From IMG/VR virus record IMGVR_UViG_3300042868_007959, positions 186,001-250,000 of that record: 64,000 nt of DNA, one strand, 5' to 3'. How positions within the stretch are numbered: position 1 is the first letter of the stretch; each line of letters begins with the position of its first letter. Under the pieces are notes generated by a model that did no database searches, was not told where the DNA came from, and saw only the letters and a program-made list of their open reading frames with translations. This document shows positions 45,920-56,493 of the stretch, piece after piece. The position numbers and the translations under genes are program-made.

Positions 45920-46494
45920 TAGATAACGATGATTTTGACTCTTCTTTTGCGAAAGACCTTAGAGAGTTAGACGAATTAAATGCGTTGATGTCTCAAATAG
46001 AGACATTAGATAACAAAAATTTATTTGATCTTGATATCAATGATTTTAAAATAAGAACAAAATTTACAAATAATTCTAATAATCCAGATCCTGAATACGC
46101 AAAGATTGGTGATAGTGGATTCGATTTAAGGGCATTTATTTCAGAACCGATTACTTTGAAACCTTTGGAAAGAAAGTTAATACCTACTGGTTTACGTTTT
46201 GAATTAACCCCAAATACTGAATTACAAGTTAGACCTAGAAGTGGTATGGCACTTAAATATGGTATTTCTGTTTTAAACACTCCTGGTACAGTGGACGAGG
46301 GTTACAGAGGTGATGTAGGTATTATCGCAGTTAACTTAAGTAACGATGACTATACGATACAACCAGGGGAAAGAATCGCACAAGGAGTTATTGTCAATGT
46401 AATAGGGCAAGGAATTAGTGATCTTTCCAAAGTAAATAATTTATCTGAAACTGAAAGAGGTGAAGGTGGATTTGGATCAAGTGGTAAATATTAA
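45916..46494 (+). CDS. dut: Trimeric dUTPase
   Basis: GFDLRA, RPRSG, GTVDEGYRG, RIAQ, RGEGGFGSSG. Confidence 0.97.
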   Translation: MIDNDDFDSSFAKDLRELDELNALMSQIETLDNKNLFDLDINDFKIRTKFTNNSNNPDPEYAKIGDSGFDLRAFISEPITLKPLERKLIPTGLRFELTPNTELQVRPRSGMALKYGISVLNTPGTVDEGYRGDVGIIAVNLSNDDYTIQPGERIAQGVIVNVIGQGISDLSKVNNLSETERGEGGFGSSGKY

Positions 46495-46500
46495 TGTTAT

Positions 46501-48075
46501 ATGATTAGTGTAGTATTCTCAACAAGAACTGATAACCAAAAACATATTAACCATTTAAAGCATTCATCAGGATTATCTAAAAATATAGAAATTTTACAAT
46601 ATGTTAATAATGGAGAATATTCGTTAACTGAAATATATAATAGAGGCTTAAAAGATTCTAAATATGACATTGTAATTTTCTGTCATGATGATATTCTATT
46701 TAATAAGGATGGTTGGGGTAAAAAAATAATTAATCACTTTAATCGCAGTGACTTTTCTATCTTAGGTATTGCAGGAACTACTGATATACCTTTATCAGGT
46801 AAATGGTGGGAAGATAGCACCAAAATGGTAGGTATTGTAAAACACTCTAATGGTGGTAGAACTTGGGAATCCAAGTATTCATCGAATTTCGGTGATGATA
46901 TTTTAGAAGTGGTAACTACTGATGGATTATTTTTTGCGTGTCACAAACAAAGAATAAAAACAGATTTCGATGAGAATTTAAAAGGTTTTCACTTCTACGA
47001 CATAGATTTTACTTATAACAATCATCTACTAGGTTCAAAAGTGGGGGTAATCTTTGATGTTAAAGTTACACATATGTCTATAGGTGAGACTAATTCTCAA
47101 TGGGAAAGTAATCGTCTACAGTTTGTTGAGAAATATAAAGATAGTTTACCTCATAAAATTGAACCTGAAATAAGGGTAGAACACAAAGAAATCAATTTAA
47201 AAGAAACCCCAAAATTATCGATAATTATACCAACTAAAGGTAATGTTGATTTTTTAAAACAATGTATTGACTCTATATATGATAATGATGGGTATACTAT
47301 GTTTAAAATTTATATTGCAGATACAGGATCAACTGAAGAAGAAATTAATATCATTAAAGAATATATTTCTAAAATGGGTGATCAGATAAAATTAATTGAG
47401 TACGATTATTATAATTTTGCCAAAATAAATAATGATGTAGTCAATAATCATATAGAAAAAGATACTGAAGTTTTATTATTTTGTAATAATGATATTAAGT
47501 TAGTAAATAATGCAATCACTAAAATGATTGATACCTATAATAAAAATAAAAACACTGTGGGTACTATTGGTGCCAGATTACATTATGGTAACAACACCAT
47601 ACAACACTCAGGAATTATAATGTATATATCACAAAATGGTAGAGTTAATGGACAAAAACGTTTAGTAAATATACATTTATCTCATTATGGGTTGCGTTCA
47701 TACTATAACTACCATGTAGACACTAAAAAAGATGTATTTGGTAATACTGCTGCATTTATGATGATATCTAAAAATCTTTTTTTGGATATTGGTGGCTTTA
47801 ATACTTCATACAATGAATGTTTCGAAGATGTCCAATTAAATGTTGAATGCATTAGTAGAAATAAAGTAAATATATTTGTTGGTGAATCTGTATGTTATCA
47901 CTATGAAAGTATAACTAGAAATAAAAGTGAGGAAAAATTAAAAAGAGAGTCAGAAGACTACACAAAAAGAATAATACCTTTTATTCTTAATAATAAAAAA
48001 ACATTTGACTACTTCACTAATATAAAAAGAAAAGATTTTGAAAATTTAATCGGAAATGGAAACACCCCTAATTAA
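46501..48075 (+). CDS. Two-domain GT-A glycosyltransferase (GT2-like)
   Basis: FCHDDI, FHFYDID; SIIIPTK, ADTGS, FCNNDI, FEDV. Confidence 0.9.
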   Translation: MISVVFSTRTDNQKHINHLKHSSGLSKNIEILQYVNNGEYSLTEIYNRGLKDSKYDIVIFCHDDILFNKDGWGKKIINHFNRSDFSILGIAGTTDIPLSGKWWEDSTKMVGIVKHSNGGRTWESKYSSNFGDDILEVVTTDGLFFACHKQRIKTDFDENLKGFHFYDIDFTYNNHLLGSKVGVIFDVKVTHMSIGETNSQWESNRLQFVEKYKDSLPHKIEPEIRVEHKEINLKETPKLSIIIPTKGNVDFLKQCIDSIYDNDGYTMFKIYIADTGSTEEEINIIKEYISKMGDQIKLIEYDYYNFAKINNDVVNNHIEKDTEVLLFCNNDIKLVNNAITKMIDTYNKNKNTVGTIGARLHYGNNTIQHSGIIMYISQNGRVNGQKRLVNIHLSHYGLRSYYNYHVDTKKDVFGNTAAFMMISKNLFLDIGGFNTSYNECFEDVQLNVECISRNKVNIFVGESVCYHYESITRNKSEEKLKRESEDYTKRIIPFILNNKKTFDYFTNIKRKDFENLIGNGNTPN

Positions 48076-48703
48076 CATATTAACTAGAACATCTAATAGA
48101 CCTAAAGGGTTTAAAATTAATGTTGAAAATATAAAAAATCAGACATACAAAAATATTAACCATATTGTCTGTACTGATAATAAAGATTCTATAAACTATA
48201 TTAAAGAAAATGGTATAGAAAATTTTATTTTTATAGATAGAGAGGAGATTATTAAAAATGATAAATCCCCAAACCCGCACACTGGAGTATATTCACCACA
48301 TAACCTTTATTTTAATGAAATGATAAAATTGGTTAATGAGGGATGGGTAATTTATTTAGATGATGACGATAGATTTACTTCATTAGATACAGTAGAAAAA
48401 ATAGTTAATATTATTAATGAATGTAATGAAGATTTTTTAATCTATTGGAGAATGATTTATTCGAATGGTGTAGTGTTACCAGTGGATATGTCAAATGGTA
48501 GATATCCATTCATAGGTGGTATTGGTGGATCGTGTTTTACTTTTAATAGTAAATATCGAAATTTATCTATATGGGATGGATGGAAATGTGGTGATTTTAG
48601 AGTAATCAAAAAATTACATGATAATATACCAAATAAAGTATGGGTACCTGAAAATTTTATTTTTGTACCATCACAGGGTTTTGGATTAAAAGAAGATTTA
48701 TAA
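48056..48703 (+). CDS. GT-A glycosyltransferase
   Basis: NILTRTSNRP, NQTYKN, YLDDDD, GDF. Confidence 0.8.
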   Translation: METPLINILTRTSNRPKGFKINVENIKNQTYKNINHIVCTDNKDSINYIKENGIENFIFIDREEIIKNDKSPNPHTGVYSPHNLYFNEMIKLVNEGWVIYLDDDDRFTSLDTVEKIVNIINECNEDFLIYWRMIYSNGVVLPVDMSNGRYPFIGGIGGSCFTFNSKYRNLSIWDGWKCGDFRVIKKLHDNIPNKVWVPENFIFVPSQGFGLKEDL

Positions 48704-49344
48704 TGGATTTTTTTAACGATAATAACACAGAAATTTTAATAGTAAATTATAATACACCAGATTATATTATAAGATTACATAGTCAAATAAGAGAATATAT
48801 TTCTTCGGAAATAACAATTAATATTATTGACGGTAGTGATGAAAAATTAAAAATTAGGGGTGATGAGTTCCCTCAATTGAATAAAAGAATGGAACTTATT
48901 TTAAAAGAAGATAAGTTTACTAACCACCATTTAATAGGATACAATATCCATCATGGTCCAGGTATGGATTATGGATTAAAAAAAATACAGAAAAAATATG
49001 TCTTAATTTTAGATTCAGATGTTGAAGTTTGTAACAAAGGTTTATTAAATATTTTTTCTAAAAATATCACAAAAGAATTTTATACTATAGGTAGAATAGT
49101 GACAGTTGATGATGGTGGAAATAATACCCATAAAAATGGGTATAAATATGTTCACCCTAGTACAATGATGTTGGATAGGGAATTTTATATGGGATTTGAT
49201 ATACCTTTTATAAAACACGGTGCACCATGTTTGAATTTTATGAAAAAAATAAACCCTAAATTTTTAATAGATATTAAGAATATTGATGATTATGTGAAAT
49301 ACGTTGGTCGAGGTACTAGAAAATTTTTTGGTATGAATTTATAA
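48703..49344 (+). CDS. GT-A glycosyltransferase
   Basis: IVNYNT, IIDGS, HGPGMD, ILDSD. Confidence 0.8.
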   Translation: MDFFNDNNTEILIVNYNTPDYIIRLHSQIREYISSEITINIIDGSDEKLKIRGDEFPQLNKRMELILKEDKFTNHHLIGYNIHHGPGMDYGLKKIQKKYVLILDSDVEVCNKGLLNIFSKNITKEFYTIGRIVTVDDGGNNTHKNGYKYVHPSTMMLDREFYMGFDIPFIKHGAPCLNFMKKINPKFLIDIKNIDDYVKYVGRGTRKFFGMNL

Positions 49345-49360
49345 AAATATTGAATAAGTT

Positions 49361-50053
49361 ATGAAGATAAGTTTTAATATGGCAACTATGCCTGAAAGGT
49401 TGAGTGGGGCAATAAAAACAATAGAATCTATTTATGATCAGGCAGACATAATAAGGTTGTATTTAAATAAATTTGATGAGGTACCTAATGAATTTAAAAG
49501 AGATAAAATTGTTACTCACATAGGAGATGATTTGAGATCGACAGGTAAATTGTTTTGGGCGTTAAATAAAGATGAGTATTATTTTTGTATTGATGACGAC
49601 TTAATTTATCCACCAACGTATTCTAATGATATGATTAGTAAATTAAATGAGTATAATGATGAAATAATTGTATCGTTACATGGTAAAATTTTAAAAGATG
49701 GTATAAAAAATAGTTATTTTAGGGATTTAAAATTAGGTCTACATTGTTTACATGATGTGAATGTAGATACTTGGGTACATGTAATTGGTAACGGTGTTAG
49801 TACATTTAATACTAATAAAATTGTAATTGATTATAAAAAATTTAAATATAACTATATGGACGATATTATGGTATCATTAGAAGTACAAAAACAAAATAAA
49901 GGTGCTTTAGTGATGGCACATAAATCAAACTATCTATTATATAATGCACCAAAAGGGGGTACATTACATGGTGAATATGCCAATAACGATTCGACTCAAA
50001 CAGAAATGGTTAATAGTATTGAGTGGGAAATATTACAAAAACCTAAAATTTAA
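49361..50053 (+). CDS. GT-A glycosyltransferase
   Basis: MATMPER, CIDDDLIYP, MDDI. Confidence 0.75.
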   Translation: MKISFNMATMPERLSGAIKTIESIYDQADIIRLYLNKFDEVPNEFKRDKIVTHIGDDLRSTGKLFWALNKDEYYFCIDDDLIYPPTYSNDMISKLNEYNDEIIVSLHGKILKDGIKNSYFRDLKLGLHCLHDVNVDTWVHVIGNGVSTFNTNKIVIDYKKFKYNYMDDIMVSLEVQKQNKGALVMAHKSNYLLYNAPKGGTLHGEYANNDSTQTEMVNSIEWEILQKPKI

Positions 50054-50056
50054 AAT

Positions 50057-50764
50057 ATGGAAAAATATATTATAGGAACTGGATGGTGGTGTGATGGTAG
50101 CGGCACCCACACACACAGTAAACACCAACCTTATGTAGATAAAAAAACTAGACAAGTAGAATTTTTTGATTTATGGTATAAATCTGTTATGAAATTTACT
50201 AACCCACATAATATTGTTGTTATTGATTCGAATAGTCCAATAAAACCCAATATTATAGATAAAGAAAATGTTAAATTATTTTCTTTAAATCAAAATTATG
50301 GTGCTGCGGTAGATGGTACCAGTAAAGGTATTTTATCGGGTTGGGATAGAAGTGTTTTACTTTCCGCAAGTATTTCTTTTTTGGAAGATGTAGATTATTT
50401 TGTTTACGTAGAACAAGATTGTGTTTTATGGGGTACAAATATAATTGAGGATATAATTCGTAGTATGGGTGATAAAAAAATTGCGTTAGGTAGTGGAATT
50501 GGTACACCTCAGCCAATACAACAGTCTTTAATTGTAGTAAAAAGAGAATATATTCCTACATTTTTAAAACTAGAGTTTGATAATGATAAAGAAAATTTAA
50601 AAATATCGCCAGAAAATAGATATTATAAACATTTTACAAACGATATAAAATTTTTAGAAATAGATTATGGTAGAAAAAGACCCATAGATTTCAATAAAAA
50701 ACAATTCTATATACAACATTTAAACACTAGTGAATTAGAGCAATATAAAAATAAATTGTTATGA
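50057..50764 (+). CDS. Putative GT-A glycosyltransferase
   Basis: VVIDSNS, YVEQD DxD-like motif; inside GT cluster. Confidence 0.55.
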   Translation: MEKYIIGTGWWCDGSGTHTHSKHQPYVDKKTRQVEFFDLWYKSVMKFTNPHNIVVIDSNSPIKPNIIDKENVKLFSLNQNYGAAVDGTSKGILSGWDRSVLLSASISFLEDVDYFVYVEQDCVLWGTNIIEDIIRSMGDKKIALGSGIGTPQPIQQSLIVVKREYIPTFLKLEFDNDKENLKISPENRYYKHFTNDIKFLEIDYGRKRPIDFNKKQFYIQHLNTSELEQYKNKLL

Positions 50765-51330
50765 GTAAATTTAAGATAAATACGAAGGGTTATTGGGAAA
50801 GTGATACATCATATGGGCATCATTTTGACGGTGGTATATATAATGGTATTGTTTCTTTAATTGAAAAATTTGGGGTGACAAATGTAGTTGATTTTGGATG
50901 TGGGATGGGGGATTATATAAAACGTATTATGGATTTGGGATATAAATGTGAGGCGTATGATGGTAACCCTAACACACCTTTATTAACAAATGGAATAGGT
51001 AAAGTTTTAGATTTTTCCGAAAAGTTTAATCTTAACAGAAAATTTGATTTAGTTATCAGTTTAGAGGTTGGTGAACACATTCCGAAAGAGTATGAAAATA
51101 TTTATATCAATAACATATGTAATCATAGTAATAATTATATACTCATTAGTTGGGCAATTATTGGTCAAAGTGGTGATGGGCACGTAAATTGCCAAAACAA
51201 TGATTATGTCATAAAAGAAATGGATAAAAACGGTTTTGAGTATGACGAATTAAACAGTACCAACTTAAGGAACTTAACCACAAATGCGTGGTGGTTTAAA
51301 AATACAATAATGTTTTTTAAAAAAAAATGA
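50761..51330 (+). CDS. Class I SAM-dependent methyltransferase
   Basis: VVDFGCGMG, FDLVISLEVGEHI, GQ.G.GHVN. Confidence 0.9.
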   Translation: MSKFKINTKGYWESDTSYGHHFDGGIYNGIVSLIEKFGVTNVVDFGCGMGDYIKRIMDLGYKCEAYDGNPNTPLLTNGIGKVLDFSEKFNLNRKFDLVISLEVGEHIPKEYENIYINNICNHSNNYILISWAIIGQSGDGHVNCQNNDYVIKEMDKNGFEYDELNSTNLRNLTTNAWWFKNTIMFFKKK

Positions 51331-51483
51331 GAATAAGTTGATACCCCTTATACTATTCATTTGTGGTATGAAAGAGTGAGTAAAAACATAACTCAAAACA
51401 GAAATCAAATTTATAATAACTTAATATTTAAATTAAAATGAATTTATAGTTTATAAATTGAAAAAATATATTAATATTTAAAT

Positions 51484-52239
51484 ATGAGTAGAAATAGAAG
51501 AAAAAATAAACAACTTTCAGAGGAAGAAATCTTAGAAATGGAAGCGTTTCTTAATAGAAACAATATTGAGGAGGAAAAAGTTTTTAAAACTATAACCATC
51601 AATGTAAAATGTAAGACAGAAAATCAAAAAAAATTAGTAGACTCTATAAAAAATAATGAAATTACTATATGTAGTGGTTTACCTGGATCAGGTAAGACTT
51701 TTTTATCTTGTGCAGAGGCATTAAAACTGGTTACTCTCGAAGAAAGGTATAAAAGAATTGTACTAATAAAATCAATAACCCCATTAAAGAATGAGGAGAT
51801 TGGGCATTTACCTGGAGATTTAAAAGAAAAAATGGCACCGATAATGGAATCTTTTACTGATAATATTAGAAAATTAATTGGTAAAAGTAGAATGGATAAA
51901 TTAATTGAGTTAGGTGTGATAGAAATTGTACCAATCGCATTTGCTAGAGGTAGAAGTATCGATAACTCAGTAATATTAATCGATGAGGCTCAAAATATTA
52001 CATTAGATAATATACGCACACTTATGACTAGAATTGGAGATAATTCTAAAATGGTTATTATGGGTGACGTTAAACAAAAAGATTTAAGAAATAAAAAAGA
52101 TAGTTCTTTAGGTGTAGTATTAGAAAAATTTAAAGATGTTAAAGATTTTGGTTGTGTTGAATTAAGAAATCCAGAGGATGTTATTAGAAATCCTATAATA
52201 AAATTAATCGAAGAGATTTTTGAAACGTTAGAACCTTAA
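51484..52239 (+). CDS. phoH: PhoH-like ATPase
   Basis: GLPGSGKT, GHLPG, RGRS, IDEAQN, TRIG, GD..Q.D, RNP. Confidence 0.95.
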   Translation: MSRNRRKNKQLSEEEILEMEAFLNRNNIEEEKVFKTITINVKCKTENQKKLVDSIKNNEITICSGLPGSGKTFLSCAEALKLVTLEERYKRIVLIKSITPLKNEEIGHLPGDLKEKMAPIMESFTDNIRKLIGKSRMDKLIELGVIEIVPIAFARGRSIDNSVILIDEAQNITLDNIRTLMTRIGDNSKMVIMGDVKQKDLRNKKDSSLGVVLEKFKDVKDFGCVELRNPEDVIRNPIIKLIEEIFETLEP

Positions 52240-52240
52240 T

Positions 52241-52621
52241 ATGATTTTTATAAGTAATAAAATTGAAGTTAGGGATTCGTTAACACACGGTAGAGGTGTT
52301 TTCGCTAAAGAAGATATTAATGAAGGTGAAATCATAGAAAATTGTCATTTTACTATTTTAGAACAACCTTTCATTTCTATCGATAAAAAATTGCAAGAAT
52401 ATGTGTTTGCTTGGCCAAAAACTTCTTTTGCATCAAAATCTGTTGTAGTTTGGGGTTTTGGGTCAATCTATAATCACTCTAAAAATAATAATGCTGATTG
52501 GGTGACTAGTGAAGAAAATAATTTATTTACATTTTTTGCGATAAAGAATATTAAATCGGGTGAAGAGATTTATACTAATTATGGTGAGGGATATGAAAAA
52601 GTAGTAAAAACTGTACAGTAA
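52241..52621 (+). CDS. SET-domain lysine methyltransferase
   Basis: GRGVFAKEDI..GEII, YNHS...NA, IKSGEEIYTNYG..Y. Confidence 0.9.
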   Translation: MIFISNKIEVRDSLTHGRGVFAKEDINEGEIIENCHFTILEQPFISIDKKLQEYVFAWPKTSFASKSVVVWGFGSIYNHSKNNNADWVTSEENNLFTFFAIKNIKSGEEIYTNYGEGYEKVVKTVQ

Positions 52622-52788
52622 TGGGTAAGTATCTATTAAAAACAAAAAAAGACGAAGTGATAAATAATACCACACAAGAAAATTTAGAAGTGGCATTAGA
52701 ATTTTTTTCGTCATTAAAAAAAATAACCGTTAAAGAGTTATTAAAGATATATAAAGTAGAAAAATATGAAAGTAGGAATAACAATTAA
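52621..52788 (+). CDS. Small hypothetical protein, 55 aa (not in ORF track)
   Basis: TAATG coupling to the SET gene; MGKYLLKTKK...LLKIYKVEKYESRNNN fills the gap. Confidence 0.6.
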   Translation: MGKYLLKTKKDEVINNTTQENLEVALEFFSSLKKITVKELLKIYKVEKYESRNNN

Positions 52789-53377
52789 TGGGGTAGTAAG
52801 AGATTTTATGACTAAGTTTGAATCTGTCTACGATAAATACTATCCTTCTGAGTTAGATGAGGAACCAATCAAAAGAGAAATAACTACATCTAACCTGTTA
52901 GATCATTTTAATTTTACTGGTGGAACTGAGGAGTTAAATAAATTTCTTTATGTCGATTCATCGTTAGAGATATTTGGTCACGCTGGTGAAACTAAATTAA
53001 ATTCTGTAGAACATTTAAATCAGTTACATAACCTAATAGAGGATATGGGACATACACCTATTGTAGTTAGTAGGGAATTAAATAATAGTAAACCTGCAAC
53101 TTTATTTTTCTTATCTAAATTATCTGCAAAAATTAATAAAATTATTTTTATTAAAGACTATGATAAAGTTTGGGATTATGTGGATGTAATAATAACTGCA
53201 GATCCTGAAATTTTAGACAATAAACCAAATAGTAAAATAACTATAAAAGTTATTAATCACTATAATAAAGATAGTGAATCAGACTATACTATTTTGGATC
53301 TAAAAGAAATTTTAGACGATAAAAAATTATTAGAAAAAATATTAAATACTAAAACAATCGAATTTGAAGATGTTTAA
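52766..53377 (+). CDS. HAD / 5'(3')-nucleotidase-like protein with degenerate motif I
   Basis: VGITINGVVRD where IGIDxDGV is expected; VVSRE; KPATLFFL. Confidence 0.6.
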   Translation: MKVGITINGVVRDFMTKFESVYDKYYPSELDEEPIKREITTSNLLDHFNFTGGTEELNKFLYVDSSLEIFGHAGETKLNSVEHLNQLHNLIEDMGHTPIVVSRELNNSKPATLFFLSKLSAKINKIIFIKDYDKVWDYVDVIITADPEILDNKPNSKITIKVINHYNKDSESDYTILDLKEILDDKKLLEKILNTKTIEFEDV

Positions 53378-53421
53378 TATTTACTTATCTAAATTTTATA
53401 ATAAAATAATAATAAAAACTT

Positions 53422-53760
53422 ATGGAAAACGATAATTTACTTTTAGAGATTGGCGGAAAAGAACTTTATTTCGATATTGACAAACTTTCAGATGTTGTTA
53501 AAATAGAAAATAAAGTAGTAGACAATGTTATAATAAAAAAAGAATCCATCGATAATGGTGATGATGATATTATGGATGAAAGTGCAATCCAGATAGACAT
53601 CACTAAATATGAATTATATAGAGAGATGATTGCAACTATATTAGGATATATGGACGAAATCGATGATAAAATGGGTTCAGTCGCACTTAATAAAACAAAT
53701 ATCCCATTTAAAATGGCGTATAATACTTTACTAATGAAGGGTATTATAAAAGAATTATAA
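53422..53760 (+). CDS. Hypothetical protein
   Basis: Intact ORF in operon. Confidence 0.6.
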   Translation: MENDNLLLEIGGKELYFDIDKLSDVVKIENKVVDNVIIKKESIDNGDDDIMDESAIQIDITKYELYREMIATILGYMDEIDDKMGSVALNKTNIPFKMAYNTLLMKGIIKEL

Positions 53761-53782
53761 TAACAAAAAAAAATAAACTATT

Positions 53783-54907
53783 ATGAGTGAACAATTAGAA
53801 AAAATTAAAGAATCGATCGAAAAAATAAATAATAAGGATTTTGGTATTTATTTTTTCACTATCGACACAAAAGGTAACCCAACTGCGGGAGTTGCAACAA
53901 TTTACGAACACGTAAAAAAATTAAGAGATTTAGGTTACAACGCACAAATCTTACATGATAAGGATGACTATAAACTTAGGGAAGATGAAAATGGTATTGG
54001 TATTGCGGACTGGTTAGGTGAAGAATACGCTAACTTACCACACATATCTATAGAATCCCAAAAATTACAAGTTGGGACTTCTGATTTTGTTGTTATACCT
54101 GAAGCGTTTGCTAGTATTATGAAACAAACAGTCAACTTCCCATGTAAGAGAATCGTATTTTTACAATCATATGAATATATTTTTGAAATGTTAGAGATCG
54201 GTGAGGGTTGGGAACAGTTTGGTATTAAAGATGTAATTACAACTAACGAAAATTTAAGTAAGTATGTAAATTCATTATTTAGAGGAATGACAACTGATAT
54301 TATTCCATTAGGTATCCCTTCTTATTTTGAGAATGATGGTAAACCTAAAGTACCTACCGTTGCAATGGTTGCGAGAGATAAAAGAGAATTACTGAAAATA
54401 GTAAAAATATTTTATCAAAAATATCCACACTATAGATTTCTTACCTTTAGAGATATGTCAGGGTTACCTAGAAAGACTTTTGCTAATGAATTATCCAAAT
54501 CCTTTTTAAGTGTGTGGATTGATGAGTTATCAAGTTTTGGCACATTCCCATTAGAATCGATAAAAACTAACACACCTGTTATCGGTAAAATACCTAGAAT
54601 GGTTCCTGAGTGGATGGGGACAATCGATGAAGCAGGTAATCTTAATTTAAATGATAATGGTATATGGACGGCAAATCTTAATTCTATACCAGATATCATT
54701 GCTACTATGGTAGGACTTTATTTGGAGGACGCTTTACCACAAAATATTATGAATGGTATGGTTGAATGGTCAGATAAATATTCTACAGAGGACTCAGATA
54801 AAATTTTGGGTGAAGTTTATGACAAAATTTTTAAGAGAAGAATTGTTGAATTGGAATTTAGTTATCAACAAATTTCTAATACAGAAGAAAACGTAGAGGT
54901 TAAGTAA
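53783..54907 (+). CDS. Glycosyltransferase, GT-B fold
   Basis: G...IYEH, VVIPE, SFGTFPLE. Confidence 0.7.
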   Translation: MSEQLEKIKESIEKINNKDFGIYFFTIDTKGNPTAGVATIYEHVKKLRDLGYNAQILHDKDDYKLREDENGIGIADWLGEEYANLPHISIESQKLQVGTSDFVVIPEAFASIMKQTVNFPCKRIVFLQSYEYIFEMLEIGEGWEQFGIKDVITTNENLSKYVNSLFRGMTTDIIPLGIPSYFENDGKPKVPTVAMVARDKRELLKIVKIFYQKYPHYRFLTFRDMSGLPRKTFANELSKSFLSVWIDELSSFGTFPLESIKTNTPVIGKIPRMVPEWMGTIDEAGNLNLNDNGIWTANLNSIPDIIATMVGLYLEDALPQNIMNGMVEWSDKYSTEDSDKILGEVYDKIFKRRIVELEFSYQQISNTEENVEVK

Positions 54908-54937
54908 AATAATAACATAAAATTAAAGTAAAAAAAT

Positions 54938-55714
54938 ATGAATAGTATTTCATTAATAGTACCAGTACATAAATTAGAAAAAACATATTTAGATTCTTGT
55001 ATAACAAGTATTAAAAATCAAAAAGAAAAACCTGATGAAGTTTTATTTGTCACATCAAATGATACAGAATTAAAAGAATATCTTAATAGTTATGATTTCG
55101 ATCAAATTAAAGATATTGTTAGAATTGTAGAAAATGAAAGTGGAGATTACGGATTCCAATCACAAATGAATTACGGTGTAAAAGAAAGTAAATCAGAATA
55201 TTTTACTTTTGTAGAATATGATGATGAAATATCCCCAATATGGATTAAAAATGGTAAAGAGTATTCTGAACATTATCCTGAGGTAGGAGTATTTTTACCT
55301 ATAATATATGAAACAGATGAAAATGGTAGATTTATCTCATTCACTAATGAGAGTGTTTGGGCAAAAGATTTTTCTGAAGTAAGTGGATACTTAGATAACA
55401 ACGCACTACAAAGAGTTCAAAACTTTAATTTTGACGGTATGGTTGTTAAAAAAAGTATTTATGAAGATAATGGTGGGTTAAAATCAAATATGAAATTAAC
55501 ATTCACATATGAATTTTTATTAAGAATGACATATTTTTCTGTTCCAGTTATGGTAATCCCTAAATTAGGTTATAAACACACAAACAATAGAGAAGGTTCA
55601 CTTTTTGTGGAATATAAATCAACTATAGATGTATTAGAAAGTAAATTTTGGGTTAACAAAGCTAAAAAAGAATATTTTTACACACAAGATAGGGGAATAA
55701 CATACGAAGTATAA
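54938..55714 (+). CDS. GT-A glycosyltransferase (GT2-like)
   Basis: SLIVPVH, MNYG, VEYDD, EFLLR, GYKH. Confidence 0.8.
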   Translation: MNSISLIVPVHKLEKTYLDSCITSIKNQKEKPDEVLFVTSNDTELKEYLNSYDFDQIKDIVRIVENESGDYGFQSQMNYGVKESKSEYFTFVEYDDEISPIWIKNGKEYSEHYPEVGVFLPIIYETDENGRFISFTNESVWAKDFSEVSGYLDNNALQRVQNFNFDGMVVKKSIYEDNGGLKSNMKLTFTYEFLLRMTYFSVPVMVIPKLGYKHTNNREGSLFVEYKSTIDVLESKFWVNKAKKEYFYTQDRGITYEV

Positions 55715-55721
55715 ATTTTTT

Positions 55722-56456
55722 ATGTTAGAAGAACCTAAGAAAAGAGGTAGAAAGAGAACAAACAATTTATATTTTGGTCCTGAACAGGAAGAAGCAGTAG
55801 TTAAATTTTTAACATGTGAGTCATATAACGAAAGAAATAAAATTTATAATGAATATCTAAAAGCCCCAATAGATAAGATGGTAGAATCCATCATAAGACG
55901 ATATAAATTATATAGGAAAGAGTATGAGTATGAAGATGTTCATTCAGACACTCTTTCTTTTTTAATAACTAAAATGCACAATTTTAAACCAGATAAGAAT
56001 AAAAAAGCTTATTCCTATTTTGGTACGATATGTAAACATTATCTTTTAGGTCAACTTATAAAAGACGATAAGAAGTTAAAATCTGATGTATCCTATGAAG
56101 ATGTATATCGGACTGTAGAAACTATGGAAGAATTTACTTATACCATAGATGATGACAAAATACAATTAGATACTTTTATAGATGAAATTTCTGCAAGTAT
56201 TAAAGGTGAAATGAAATATAATAAATTATCTGAAATAGAACTTAAAGTTGGTTTAGCATTGACTACTATTTTAGATAACTGGGAAACTATATTTGAACAA
56301 ATTGAAAGTGGTAACAAATATAACAAAAATTTAATTTTATCTTATATAAGAGAAATATCTGATCTATCTACTAAAGATATAAGAGTAGGTATGAGAAGAT
56401 TTAAGAAGATTTATGGTTTATTGAAAAACGATAAATTAGAAGACGATTCTTTGTAA
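55722..56456 (+). CDS. Late-transcription sigma factor (T4 gp55-like)
   Basis: FKPDKNKKAYSYFGTICKHY resembles gp55 region 2 FDP..S.NPFAYFT.I. Confidence 0.7.
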   Translation: MLEEPKKRGRKRTNNLYFGPEQEEAVVKFLTCESYNERNKIYNEYLKAPIDKMVESIIRRYKLYRKEYEYEDVHSDTLSFLITKMHNFKPDKNKKAYSYFGTICKHYLLGQLIKDDKKLKSDVSYEDVYRTVETMEEFTYTIDDDKIQLDTFIDEISASIKGEMKYNKLSEIELKVGLALTTILDNWETIFEQIESGNKYNKNLILSYIREISDLSTKDIRVGMRRFKKIYGLLKNDKLEDDSL

Positions 56457-56493
56457 AAATTTATTATTAGATATTTATAGTTAAACAATAGAC

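Noticed and set aside
51331-51483. Possible ncRNA or gene remnant between the methyltransferase and phoH
   Set aside because: No convincing stem-loop, tRNA fold or ORF; a faint LWY similarity to the upstream GT is too short to support.
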